Origin: Chiloscyllium plagiosum
Lineage: Eukaryota
DNA length: 64,000 bases
Assembly: GCF_004010195.1 (NCBI RefSeq)
Contig: NC_057723.1
Coordinates: forward strand, 40,140,432 to 40,204,431
Direction: 5' to 3'
Of this stretch, positions 24,313 through 38,335 are shown piece by piece. Position 1 is the stretch's first letter. Each line of letters starts with the position of its first letter. The notes beneath the pieces were generated by a model that ran no database searches, was not told the origin of the DNA, and saw nothing but the letters and a program-made list of their open reading frames with translations. A program made the translations under genes and the position numbers.

Positions 24313-26088
24313 CAATTCATTTCTATCATTTTGGTGTTATGGCAGAACTAAAAAATTGATTTGAGGAACCCAAACATGGAGTTCTGGAAGAGATGAGCAA
24401 TAACTTGGATGGTGACAACATGTTCAAGGACCTTGGAGTGGTAGGTCAGGTTGGAGTTGGTCCAGTAGCTTACAAGGAAGAGGAGCCAGGGTTGACTTTT
24501 TTAGAAGAGGCCAGATGATTGATGAATTCAGAGAGAGAAAAAGGGACTAACTAAGGAGGAGGTATTGGTACCAATATCCGTTAACATGAGAGCCAGGACA
24601 GAAGCAGTTGAATGAATAGGAAATGGGTCTCATGGACAAGATTCAAAATTGTATTCTGTTATGTAACTGGCCGGCTAAAAATACAGCTTGAGATAAGATT
24701 CTTTCATTTTGTCTGACTACTAAATGAATACTTATCTGAAAATGGTCCAAGTGTAGGTGGTGTTTATTCTGATATAAAACTAAAAACATTTACAGAAAAG
24801 GCACCTTCAGTACTCATTATGTAACATCTAAATAGATGCGCTTGTATTATGCAGAGGGTATATGGATCTTAACCATATGCAGTATGGCATTTGTGATTTC
24901 TGATTTTGGCTAAGTGTTGGAAGAAATATTCAAGAAATAGGATACAAATTGAAACTAGCAATTAGTTACCCTTCATACCCACTCTTTGTGGAGTTTATTC
25001 ACGAGGGAGATAGCAAGAGACAACAAATCAGATAATACAATTGATGCCTGTAGGGATTTGAAGCCTAAGCTGTCATGTTGAATAGATACATTCCTGCTGC
25101 ATACTTATTTATCATTTTACAAGAAAAAAAGGCAGCTGTTTCTTATTTATTGTTAAATCTTTCACTTTGAAATATAACACTGTTCAAAGGTTTTGTTAAC
25201 AAATCATTCTGTGCAAACTAGAAGCATTTCTTATCTGAAATGATTTCAGGTAACATCTATATTGTTTGTGAAATATTCCTCAAAAATGTTAATTCATTTA
25301 TATGCTATAACAGTTCCCTCACCAATACAATTTACCTTGCATCAATTTAATATTTTTAGTTCTGAGCTTAATTCCCCATTGTGCATTTTGCCAATCCAAA
25401 TCATTGCTACTGTGTGATTCTGAGATTTACACAAGCATGAAAGATCATACCTCTCTCATCCTACGGGTGTAAATTTTCAGCTTATAAAATGAATTAACTA
25501 AATTTTGGGGCTTCTTGTAGCTGTTTTTGTATCAGTGGCTGGTTTTCAAAATCTTGTTTGGATCAGCTACTCTAAGTTTCCTAACTGGTTTTATTTATTG
25601 TGAATTTTCGTATGTTTCAATCAATGTTTTTATTCTGCAAGTATCTTCTCATTATTTCAGCCTTGTGGAAAAGAAATGTTTCAAATAACCTTTAATATTA
25701 CTAATTTTATTAATTCATGAAGATGATAATGGGAGTTGTAATTTGATGATTCTATAACTTGGTTAATTGGACAAGAATTGTTTTCCTGTTCACATTACAC
25801 TCTCACTTTTGTTTAAACTTTTGGCTTGTGTATGTGAGTGAGAGTGTTTAGATGTCAGGAGAAGATCGCGCTGTGTTGATTAAGATGATAAGGGAGGAAA
25901 TAAATGATCTACTAGCATAGTATTAAATAATGTAGGTGCAAAGTACTGAAGTATGGTTCATCAATTAAACAAGATTTGAAACGTGCACTAAAAAGCAAAA
26001 TACTTCAGATCTTAAAATCTAAATGAAAGCAGAAAATGCTACAGACACTGAGCAAATCAGAAAAAAAGAGAGGAAATTAGAGCATGAT

Positions 26089-26711
26089 AGATTGGATTTA
26101 ATGGGACACTGTGGTCCAGTCCCCAGAGAAGAATCAGGGATGAGCCTGGACCCACTCCAGCATCACCTTCTAATGTGATCTAACTCCAGAGAACCATTAT
26201 TTGTTTTAAGACAAGACATTTGCCCAAATCTGGGCGAGAGATACCCCTTCAGTCTAATGGTTGGCAGCACTCTGTTTCTTGTAATACTACCAAATGCAGT
26301 GACCAGGGCTGGGACTACAAAACTCTTGGAATGAAAGTTAGGTGGGAGGGCAGTATCAGAGCAACTTAGAGGGTTGCGTGGGAGATTGTGTAGACTGCCT
26401 GGAGGGAAAAGCAACATGTGGTGAAAAAGGCGGCACCTTTGGGTAGCCTACCATCAACCCATACAGTGAAAGCTGTTGATTTGACATGAACTTCTTGTAC
26501 TGCTAGTTAAATTTCAACTGTGGCATGATAAGGCTTTTAAGTGGTCATTAATTGGTCACTTAAGGGACTTCGATCATTCTATACATGGACTGACTCATCA
26601 ATGCCTCCCAAGCGGCAGGTGAAATTGTTGTGGAACAAGTAAGTAGGTAGCGGACATGACACTCTTTCCGGAATCCTACCAGCAAATCTTTTAGCTGGTA
26701 AAATCTAATCT
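26089..26711. mobile_element. Candidate MITE-like DNA transposon
   Basis: GC-richer island bounded by agattggatttaat and gtaaaatctaatct (11/14 inverted match). Internal near-palindrome ttaagtggtcattaattggtcacttaa. Confidence 0.35.
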
Positions 26712-28800
26712 TATGTTTTGGGTCACTAACCATTTCTTAGAATAGGAAGTGTAACAGGTTCAGCAGCTTATAAGAAAACAAAGCCTGGGAAAATGGATAT
26801 GTGATTAAATGGAGGACAGGAGATATTTAAAAAATAGAACCTATAATGGAGTGACAACAGGAAGCAGTAATGACAAAAATGTTGAGAAATAATATATGCA
26901 GGTCCCAGAGATTTGATTCATGGTTACAGCAAAATAGCAGGTTGCAGCAGTTTGGGATAGATGTGGGGTCTTACGTTAACTTGACTATTTAGCTTCTTTA
27001 ATCTTTCCCTACAGCTATTGAATTTATATTTGCATAATTCTCTTGCTTTCAGATTTTTTATTTAACCACAGTGTTTTGAATTCCGTATTCCCTCTGCATA
27101 ATAGGAAACCTTTTTTGCCTGGTCCACATTCACCAGACAATGGCTTTATGTAATCCTTTGAATGGTTGACATGTTTCTTATATCTATAGATCTGTTTCTG
27201 ATGATGTCAGCCTTAATGTTAATTAATAGATGCCAGTTTGCAATGCTATATTCGAAAATCAAATTTTAAGGAAGGAAAGACAATGAGAAAAAGACAATGA
27301 GACAAGAAATCTTTTAAGTCTCTGGAAAATGTATATTTCCTAAACACAGTCAATAAGTGACTCTTGTAAATGATGATATCATGAAACCTTAGCTGCTTAG
27401 ACTGAAAACAATTCTATTTATATCAATGCTGGACTCTCACCAATTTCTTGAAGGCGCTAATGAAATGCCACCCCTTACTTCTTTCTCTGTCTCTCACACT
27501 TCACATGGAAAATTACACAGGAAAGCAGCATCCCATATTACAATTACAAACATACAAGCAATGACACAACAGAATTATGATGAAAATTGTTCACAAAGCT
27601 ACAATTATTTAACAATTTTCCAATGCTATATTCTAATTTTCTCTCTATGACTTATGTATAGAAGAAAATACACATGTGACTTCAGAACTCTGTCTCTTAT
27701 TATAGAACTTACACTTCAAAGGGAATTGTGCATATTAATTAGTTCCAATAGTAATCATTTTCCCTTATTTATAACTTTGAAAAGAACATCATAAATGTTA
27801 TTTGCATCACCTTCAATCTGGTGATTGATTAGCCTCGTAATCCTATCTATTAGATCCTTCATGTTGATGGAAACTAGCTACCAATCTTGTCGAATTGTTA
27901 ATGATGTTCCTTTAGAAGATAATCATGAAAACTAATAAGGACTAATTCTTAGATACACAGTAGTGAAACAGAACTCTCCTAAAAAATATGATCAGATATG
28001 TCCAGAGCAATACACGACGTGTGCAACAATACATCCATTTGTAAAACAAGGGGTATGACCCTCAGACTAATCAAGTAGTTCATATCGATTTATAGTTTTG
28101 GTACCAAGCAATCTTCTCATGATTTTGCAATAAAGACGAAATGGAATGTTTCCATGTCTTTGCAGCAAATATTTTCATCTAGTTATTTAGATTCAAATTT
28201 AAAGATAGATACTATTTTTCAGTAACTTTGTCCGAAGAAGGCACTTAAGAATTTCAAATTCAAGCACTTATGATTGTGGCAAGTAGATTGGTTAAAAGTA
28301 TGTTTCTCTGTTTACATAGTTGATAATCAATTAATTGTAGTACTTTCAGAAAATCACAAACTGACAATGCATTAGCTTTTTTTTAAACTCTTTGACCCAT
28401 TTTGCAGCAGTATTTTATAACTGGTATTGCCTTTTTGACATAGGGTCCATCGACATCACAGAAATTGATCTACAGTGCATTGCTTGTGTCCATAGCCATA
28501 CACAAAAAAGGCCATCTGCTTTACAGTCACAGGAGTTGCTATTAAAATGAATACCAGCATTAGAGACATTTAGGAGATTTGGATTTATCATTCAGTTGGA
28601 GAATGTATTGTAATTCAATATAACCTCATGATAGCCTTGTTAATAAGGATGTTTCCACAATTCTGCAAGACATTATAAACTGATCAAATATCAATCAGCA
28701 CCTTTTAATCATTCTATGTTTTAAATTTACATGTGTTTTGCCATAATTTCCCTCTCTCTTATCAGCCGCCCAACCCCTTCTCAGTATCTTTGTTAGTATC

Positions 28801-28825
28801 AAGTTAAAAATCACACAACACCAGG
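28801..28825 (-). mobile_element. 25-bp PLE micro-insertion with 12-bp TSD
   Basis: tttgttagtatc at 28789-28800 and 28826-28837. The insert aagttaaaaatcacacaacaccagg matches 451-474. Confidence 0.85.
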
Positions 28826-29141
28826 TTTGTTAGTATCGCCAGCAACATCCTTTTGACTTCAGCTCATGAAGAAAGACCACCTGATCTCATAGGTTTACAC
28901 TGCAGATTTGTGAAAGAAGGTGGTATGGTTTCTGTGGGAGAGGACTATTAATCTTTTTATCCCTAAAATAGAATTGTTAACCATTCAAAGCTTTCAATCT
29001 AATAATCTGGTGGACCGTAGATAAAACTTGTCCTTGAATGATTATCAGGAACAGGATTTAAACTCAGGCCTATCTGGTTGAAAAAACTGATACTCTGCTG
29101 TAGAGTTCTGTGCATTTCAGCTATAATATTCTTCTTTTAAT

Positions 29142-29478
29142 GGACGACATGGTGGCTCAGTAGTTTGCACTGCTGCCTCACAGTGAGGGGGACCCAGTTT
29201 TGATTCCAGCCTCGGGTGGCTTACTGTGTAGAGTTTGCATATTCTCTTTGTATCTATGTGGGTTTCCTCCAGGTGCTCCAGTTTTCACACACAGCCCAAA
29301 GATGTGCAGGTTAGGTGGATTGGCCACGGCAAATTGGTGATAGTGTCCAGGGAAGTGCAGGTTAGGCGGATGAACCATGGGAAATGTGGGTCTACTGGGA
29401 TGGGACTGGATCTGGATGGGATGCTATTCAGAGGGTCAGTGCAGACTGAAGGGGTGAATGGCCTCTTTCTATGATGAG
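29142..29478 (+). mobile_element. HE1 V-SINE with internal duplication
   Basis: Head ggtggctcagtagtttgcactgctgcctca. gtgcaggttagg occurs twice (29305, 29355). Confidence 0.88.
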
Positions 29479-29772
29479 GAGAATAGTACACAGCCTCTTG
29501 TGATAATTTTTTGTTTTCTGTTTTTAATCTTATTTCTGTGAGATATGGATCTTCCACTGTTAACAGCAATCAATATACAGTAAATCCTCTGTTTAAGTAA
29601 CCCCACTTAACATGGTTTCATATTAACATTCTTTTATTTTTAAGGCCTATTTTGTCAAATTTCATTGGCCTTTTACAGTTTAACATTGTTGTGTCTCCTC
29701 TCCACCCATCTCCCAGCCTTGCCTCCTTGAGTTTCCTGTTCCCTTCATTGCTTCTCCCCCTCTTCCTTTATT

Positions 29773-30905
29773 TAGAGTCATAGAGATGTACAGCATGGAA
29801 ATAGACCCTTTGGTCCAACCCGTTCACGCCGACCAGATACCCCAACCCAATCCAGTCCCACCTGCCAGCACCTGGCCCATATCCCTCCAAACCCTTCCTA
29901 TTCATCTACCCATCCAAATGCCTTTTAAATGTTGCAATTGTACCAGCCTCCACCACTTCCTCTGGCAGCTCATTCCATACACGTACGACATTCTGTGTGA
30001 AAAAGTTGCCCCTTAGGTCTCTTTTATATCTTTCCCCTCTCACCCTAAATCTATGCCCTCTAGTTCTGAACTCCCCGACCCCAGGGAAAAGAATTTGTCT
30101 ATTTACCCTATCCATGCGCCTCATAATTTTGTAAACCTCTAAAAGGTCACCCCTCAGCCTTTGACACTGCAGGAAAAACAGCCCCAGCCTGTTCAGCCTC
30201 TCCCTATAGCTCAAATCCTCCAACCCTGGCAAAATCCTTGTAAATCTTTTCTGAACCCCTTCAAGTTTCACAACACCTTTCCAATAGGAAGGAGACCAGA
30301 ATTGTATGCAATATTCCAACACTGGTCTAACCAATGTCCTGTACAGTCGCAACATGACCTCCCAACTCCTGTACTCAATACTCTGACTGATAAGAGAAAG
30401 CATAGCAAACACCTTCTTCACTATCCTATCTACCTGTGACTCCACTTTCAAGGAGCTATGAACCTACACTCCAAGGTCTCTTTGTTCATCGACACTCCCT
30501 AGGACCTTACCATTTGAGCCAGTTCTGTATCCAAATGGCTAGTTCTCCCTGTATTCCGTGAGATCTAACCTTGCTAATCAGTTTCCCATGGGGAACCTTG
30601 TCAAATGCCTTACTGAAGTCCATATAGATCACATCTACCATTCTGCCCTCATCAGTCCTCTTTTTTTACTTCTTCAAAAACCTCAATCAAGTTTGTGAGA
30701 CATGATGTCCCATGCACAAAACCATGTTGACTATCCCGAATCAGTCCTTACCTTTCCAAATACATGTACATCCTGATCCTCAGGATTCCCTCCAACAACT
30801 TGCCCACCACCGAGGTTAGGCTCACTGGTCTATAGTTCCCTGGCTTGTCCTTACCACCCTTCTTAAACAATGGCACCACATTAGCTAACCTGCAGTCTTC
30901 TGGCC
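29773..30905 (-). mobile_element. Young HER1/CR1 LINE, 5'-truncated with internal deletion
   Basis: ORFs 30748-30939 (ANVVPLFKKGGKDKPGNYRPVSLTSVVGKLLE) and 29906-30451 (LYRTLVRPVLEYCIQFWSP...FFTQNVVRVWN). Tail tagagtcatagag. Confidence 0.93.
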
Positions 30906-33900
30906 TGTCCGTGCCACAGCTTGGCCTCCCAACTTGCACCTGGCCCAGCTTTCTCCCTACCCAATCTGTCCATGTCTCTCTCCCAAGGTTGCTCCCTTCA
31001 TTGTTGATTCCATTCCCTCCTCCTTACTATCCTGTTCCAATCTCATACATAAGTGCTCCATCTGGTGGCAGGAGTTGGCCAGTCAGTGTCTGTGAAGCTC
31101 CATGCACTGACTAACACCTGCCACTAGTTGGACCCTGGTCAATCTATAAATGCAGGTGAGATTTTTTTCTATATATTAATGTAAGGAGGTATGCTGCATT
31201 GTTTTTTATAATTAGTGATGAATTTTGTTTTAAGTTATTTAATTTAGAAATGCACAGTGCTATACATGTATGCTGTAGTCATTCAACTTATACAAATTGT
31301 TTTCTTCCTGGTAAAACAAAATGGCTGAATGGTCCTAACTCTGACTTTAACACAGATTTCTACGGAAACCTCTGATTCACTTACAGTTACTTACTACATA
31401 AAAGCACTGAGCATTTTAAAACTGATGACAGATAGAACCTTGCTTATGACTTGGTTTAATATTTGAAAATAAAAACCATCTGCCTGAAATCTTATGAAAA
31501 TGGAAAACCTTGTCTCCTTGCTGGTAACTCATTTTTTTAGCAACTCACTGTTAAAATTATAAGAATCTGAAGTGTTCTATGATCCTAGTACTGAAAAAGT
31601 AAATTTTCAGTTTTTCATAGAAGAAATGTCATTATGTATTCTGAATTTGTGTAGCTTATTTATAAATACTGAATGCTGACTGAAGAGGTGATGGAACCTG
31701 TGTTCTTTTTGCCATGTAACTAACACCATTTTTCAAAGGTTGTTGTTCTGATTACTGGTTTATAAAGAATAGGTGTCTGGTCTGATTGGGGGAATAATAA
31801 CAAAACAAACAGAATGTATGACTACCACAAAACCAAGCATGACATCTCCCTGTACATTGCTTTCTCATCGGTGACCTTCTGATAGCGACTGGACACATGT
31901 CACATGTTAAACGAAAAATGGTCTTCAAAAAATTTAGTTGATGTCATTAACTAATTTCAAAAGGAAATTAGTTTAAGTTCAAGCAATAAAAAAACAAACT
32001 GTGCTGGTACTTACCTTTCATCGCTTCCTGTTTACCGATATAAAGAAGCATCTTCGATTTACTCCACTAGCCAATATCACAACTATCTTAATAAATTAAT
32101 GAGGCTATTTAATTAATCAATTTGAAGAGCAGTTCTAGGAAGTCCATATGTGGTTAAAGAAAACAACGCCATTGAGTAAGATTTAAGCCAAATCTTGCAA
32201 AGATGAGCAACAAATTAATATTGCTCCACAGAGATAAATTTACATTGATAGTATGATTCATATACTTTTTTTTAGGTCCTGTCTTTCAATATACCATTGT
32301 TGAAGGTAGGAACAGAGCACTGAATTACAAGACAATTCTACAATGTTTCTGTCATTGGCCAGACAGTCTGTTTGAATAAGCAAGTAGATTTTGATATTAT
32401 GTCACCAAATGCAGTTCAAAGTTATGTCTACTCAAGATTTTTGAAGGCTTGTATTTCAACCGAAAACAGCTAATTCCTCAGAAACAATGTCTTATGTCAA
32501 GGCCTGAAAGTTTGCTTCAATAGAAAATTAATATAGGAACATAGCATCGCTTAAATCCCTAATAATTCCTGAAGATTTTACTACTTGTCTTGACTTGTGT
32601 CTTCCCAGTTTGAAGTTGTTGATTTATGATAGCGTAAAACCTAACTGACAGTGGCAGTGTATTGCTGAAGTTGACATGTTTAGTTTGGAATTCAGATCAT
32701 TGAGCTATTTTATCAATATCGATGTATAATTAATGAGAAATGCTCAATGATAAATTGTGACAGGGTAAAATGTCACAATCATCTTGCCCATTTGTTAAAC
32801 AGTCTGACCAATGACTAGAGATTTGGTACAAGCAGTTTGTAATTTAATGATTTTGCGCTATTTTTAACTGTGGCGATATCGGAGGTCAGGACAAGATCAT
32901 GCTTGAGATCATTGAGCCATACTCAAAAACTAATTCTGTGAACACCTGACATCAATAATTTTAACTAGGGTCTCTGGGTTAAAATAAAAAAATCCTGAAT
33001 CTTTCAAAATACCTGCACAAGCCACAAACCAAATCTGTCTTTTTTGTTTGATTGGATATATCTTATGATATTACATAACAGTGCATTTAATCACTCTATT
33101 TGCCACATAATCTTTATAAAACAGTGGCCAAACCACAATGAATAACATTTCTTCTTCTGATTTTTTTGATATTTATTCTGTATATCTTTTCTTCAGAGCC
33201 TATTAATTAGATATCTATCACAACTCTGGATTCAATTGGTATACTGCCATAATGTCAACAGAAATCCTGCAACAAAGGCATAAACAGCAATTTATGGCAA
33301 TTCTCCAAGTTTTCTGTTGAAGTTATGCCAGGTGACTGGGAGAAATCCCACAGAAATGTACTTTTCACGCACATTGTAACTACTTTTCCATAGATTCCTT
33401 TGAACATATCATTCATTATCTGGATAGGTGGGCTAGAGAACTGAACTCAGGATGTACCACCTATTTATTACTGCTTTTTAACTGGCCAATGCCAGATCTT
33501 GTGAGGTTAAGAACCAGCCCATTAAACTCTGTAACTTCCTGGGGTGAACCTCCGTACTCCTGCTTGATGCCTTCCATTATGGAATAGCTGATCCTTGGAA
33601 TTTCCCATGTGGTAAGTCAAAATGGCAAAGGCAGAATGTCAACATTCTGTGACAAAATGGATTAATAAATGCTCCGTAGTTCCATGTACCTAAACAAAGA
33701 CCTTCAAAACGTTTGGACTTGGCCTTAGTAATGGTGAATGAATATCTCAACTCATAGAATGTCCTTGATAGAATTACCAAAATGAACATTTTTGCAAAGT
33801 TTGGAGAAAAAGTAAATAGCATACTAAACTGTGTCCAGTCACCTCAGCAATGTTTGTGATGAGCATTTATCATAAAATATTATTCTGCATTGATGGCTTT

Positions 33901-34899
33901 CCATAAACTTCAATGTTCCTTGGTTTGAAAAGATTTCATACTTTAATTCACATGCTGTCAACTCACACAAAGTTTTTTATTTTTCTGAAGATTAAATGTC
34001 CTTTCCTCTAGTTTTCACATTTTTCATCTGCAGTTTTCTTGAATTTAATATTTCTGTAACATGCCGCATTAATTGGTAGCAGGAGCAGGCAAGATCCGCT
34101 TCAGTTGGCTTCTTGAATCTCTGATTTCATCAGTCTATGCATGTTTTAGTCACTGTGTGATAATTTGGCCATCATGGTTTTTATTTCACCAATATTAACT
34201 ATGACTATATACTTCATAGTTACACTATTTTCTGATCTTCTGCATATGTGAATGAAAAAGAAAGGCAAGCAAATGAACTGCATGATTTGTGTCAATTAAT
34301 GTGAATAACTACTATTATACAAATCATAACTCATTGAATTTAACAACGTTTAATTTCAAAGATTTCAAAGTTAGAATGAGTGTCTTGAGAATTGTGACTC
34401 TGCTATTCTCCTTAAAATGTAAAAATAATTTTCAGTGCAGAAAGTAATAAATTCCAATAGCATAGTATACAAACCTGATCCTCTGCCAGGTGTCTGCAAT
34501 TGTGGAGAAATCTATCCTACATGCTCAGAGGTGATCTTTCAAAATAAGAAAACATTGTTAAACAAAATAAAATAGAACTAAAAGGAACATGATTTGGAAA
34601 GAAGCTTCTTCTAGATTTGTACAATAACCAGTGCAAAGCCCCAGTTGGACAAATGTTATCTTTCCGAGGTATCTTATAAGTCTTGTTTTAGCTTGCCAAT
34701 CAAATTCATGTTCTCATTGAATTACATATAAAATTATTTTATGTGTTAACCATGATTGCGCAGCAGTCTAATAGGTAATTCAAAGATTATTTTTCTGAGG
34801 AATGTTACTCAGCAACATCGTTAACAAAAATAGTTTTGAGGTGAAATATACTTGACAGCTTGTCTCAACAATAGTATAATTGCATAGAAGGATGTAATA

Positions 34900-36360
34900 T
34901 ACAATCAGAACAACACGGAATGAGGGTGTTTAGCCAATTGAGTCAATGCAGCACTTTCTAAGAACAGTTCAAGTTTCCCACTCCATGCTTCTTTTTACCA
35001 TCTCCTTTTAACTTTCTTACTCCTTCAAATATTTATCCAGTTTCCCTTTGAAAGCTACTTTTGAATGTGTCAGGCATCATTAATAAATCCTAAACACTCA
35101 TTATTTTAAAATGTTTTTCCTAAAGCCAGCCAGTTCTTTTGTCAATTTTCTGACATCTCTCACTTGATTGGTCATTGATCTTTGATTCTGCTGTTGGAAA
35201 CAATGGTTCAAATTTTCCAGACACATTGCAGATGGGCTGGGAAGTGCAAAGGATGAAAAAGTAGCACAGGAAGGGAATGGGATCACTGATAGCTTTCTGT
35301 CACCATGCCATTTTGTCAATGGCAGAAATATTGATGACTATATTGCCCACTTATGTGACCAATTAAGTGAGCTGGTTAAGTAGATAATTATGAGCCACAT
35401 CCAGCTGTTGGGCATTTTGATCATGACTGGAGGTCCGACCATCACATGAGGAGCCACCTGTAAAATATCTTTGAGAACCGCCAGCCATTGAACACACCAT
35501 ATCCCTCTAGTTACAGCCTTAGCAAAGGTCTGTAGCTCTGTGGCACTGTTGAACAGCTTGCCCTTGATTCAATCAGCAATCTTTCAACTAATATGCTCCA
35601 CTCCAGAACCCTCTCCACAGAAACCTACAGTTTCTCTTCATTTGCTTCATCTAAGCCCTTCATAACTTCTTTTCTGCTTGAAGGAGAACATATCTCAGCT
35701 TCTCTAATTTATCTATGTAATTGTAATCTATCATTCCTGTTTCAATTCTCCTAAATCACCTCTATAAATGATCTGAAACCTTTACGTTCTTCCTCAAGCA
35801 TGCTGCCCACTGTATTCCACCTGAGGCAGAGCTCATGTTTTAAGCAGATTTAGCATTTTCTCTTGACTTTTACACTTTATGCCTCAATTTACAAGTCATT
35901 GGGTCTCTGCTTTCTGAACCTGCCCCGATAATTTCAAAAAAAATGTCAAAACACTTCTAGAGCTAACTCTTTCTGTGCCATTGTCTCCCCGCCCTTCCCA
36001 TCAAAATGTGGCATTGTTCCAGTTGAATTTCACCTGCCATGTGTCCAGCTGTACCATCCCCTGCCTAATTAATGAAGAAATTATTTTCTTCAGTGTTTAC
36101 TGCATTTCCAATTTTTATGCCGTTTGCAATTTTTGAAATTCTGTATTGCACATTGAAGTTCAATTCATTATTCAAATCAAATTCACAAGAGGTCCCAGTG
36201 CTAACCCAGCCATTCACAACATCTGTGTTATCTAGCCCTTAACCGATTTTGTATCTATGCTATTACTAGTCCCTTACTCCTTAGTATAGATTTTGCTAAA
36301 CATCTTAATTTGTGACACTATATTAAGTGCCTTTTGCAATTTCAACTGCCAACAGCCACC
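34900..36360 (-). mobile_element. Old CR1 LINE fragments interrupted by a GC-richer insert (about 35230-35600)
   Basis: Reverse-complement CR1 tail tccttcaaatatttatccagtttccctttgaaag. gttgaatttcacctgccat (WQVKFN) and ccgtttgcaatttt (KFAD-like). Confidence 0.55.
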
Positions 36361-38006
36361 ATTTCTATTTTTTCATAGGGCAATGCAAATGGTTATTCAA
36401 ATTCTCACTGAATTATTGTATCTATAAACTACTTAATCACTGAAAAATTGATAATAATTTCCCTTTATTGAACATGAACTTTATATTTAGTCCCATATAA
36501 AATCCTTTTATTCCGGCAAAAATACAGCTAAGAGCAAAAGTTCTTTGTAATATGATTCAGCTCAAGAAATTTGATACTGCAAATGTTAAATTGTTAGATG
36601 GAAACTTTCACAGACTGAGGTTACTAAACCAGATTGAAACAGTCACTTCCTCAACCTGTTCAAATTAACTGATGGTTTTATTTTGTCACTCTATAGAATG
36701 AGTTCTCCCAATATATTTATCATGTCTTATTTTAACTAAAGGATAACTTGAACCAGACTTTTCATATATTAGGAAATTATACAGGTTATATATTATACAG
36801 GTTAGATAAATTTGAATTGGGAAGGAAAATAAACAGAAAGAAGTTAGCAAATTACTTGAAATTAGGCAAAAGAAGATAAAGAGCAAATGAGCATTTCTAG
36901 AGGTCTATAAGGAAAATATAACGAACAAATAATGTTTTGAGATTACAAGATTCGGAAATCTGTATTTAGTTCATAGTTTATCCACTCTGTTCATCCACAA
37001 ATATATTGCCTGGAATATATGGGCCACCATTATCTTTCTAAATAGATTTTCAGCAAATTAAAGGATGTAGGAAACAAAATAATGTGGAAATATGTAGTGA
37101 GAGAGATTACAGATAATATAACATTATCACACCCCTCCGAACTTTGACCCAGAGTACTTGGGGAAAGCAAAGAAGTGCTGTTTATCACAACTTTCCATGC
37201 ACCAAACAGATTTCTCCACAATGCGATGAAACTCAATTCAGAATCCTGCGAAATATATAACCAATGATTTGAATGACTTCCCTTTGAAAATCAGTTTTAT
37301 GTAGCTGGTTATTACAAATGATTGTTAATACAACTACTAATTTGTACCCGTTATAAAAATTCCGCACCTAATGCCTAATTAATTTGCAAAACTATATTAT
37401 GAAAGGTGTTAGTACAATTTCATGAAACCATACGTTGTGTTACTTCAAATCATATATGTATTTTAAGTATTTATTTAAACATTTAACATTATTAAATGCT
37501 ATTTATATTTCTAGTACATGATGTATGGTAACTTCATTCATTCAATTATAATAGCTTCATATATCAGTATCACTTTCAAGGTGACTGGTCTATGCAGCTT
37601 GAATTACTTCAAATTCCATAATTTTGCTTGTTCTTACTTTTTTACTGCAGTTCTCAGAAATATATAGTGCAGATTTATCAGTGTTGTTTTGGTAAATTAC
37701 TTGTACCACAACACAAAATATTTACTTGTGTTTATCCAAAATTAGTCATCATATTTTATTGAACTGGAATAAAAATTATTGACTCTGTATGTTTTCATTT
37801 CTCATTAAAATAATCTGAAATAATCTGTTCCAACCGTTAGTGAACCTACCAAACTAGCGGTGGAAAAAGGAACATACTATTTCAGCAGCTTCTTTGCTTT
37901 CTCATTATAACACAAATGATCCCATTGGGGAATGAAGTTATTTTGTAACTTCGACCTAGCATTTGCCTACATTTGTTTTGTGATTTGTCCCCTTTTCCTC
38001 CCCTAG

Positions 38007-38077
38007 ATGCCAACCTGGATTCTTCGGACAAAGATGTTTGGAGACTGAACCCTTGAGAACATATAAACCTGATCTAA
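38007..38077 (+). CDS. NRG2: Neuregulin 2 EGF alpha alternative exon
   Basis: Acceptor ccttttcctccccTAG, donor A|GTATGT. 71 nt, phase 2 to 1, translating (K)CQPGFFGQRCLETEPLRTYKPDL. It supplies Cys5-Cys6 and resembles human NRG2 alpha CPNGFFGQRCLEKLPLRLYMPDP. Confidence 0.94.
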
Positions 38078-38335
38078 GTATGTTATTGTAAGGAAGTGTT
38101 GCAGTACTTCTAGGTATCCTTGGTGACAGCACTGGAGTTGGGGATTTTGATTGAAGCAGCATATAAAGACCACTACATTTTGAAAAAAATGTTATTTTGA
38201 AAACATTTCTACTGCTGTTGAACAATCCAGTGGTTTCATCAATGTTTTTGGGATATGTGTCCTTGAATGCTCTGTTCTAATGTTAAACCCTTTCTATCTT
38301 GTTTCTTTCTCTATGGTTTTTGTTTTTCTTGTCAG

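Larger units (their letters stand above)
22240..24620 (-). mobile_element. Fragmented old L2 LINE hosting several younger insertions
   Basis: ORF 23361-23573 LLLAIFDMSAALVSVDHTILL and SDCLSDIQYWMTRN match L2 RT motifs. L2 tail tataaagcaccttgaacatagtaaaatgtcc at about 22250. Confidence 0.6.
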
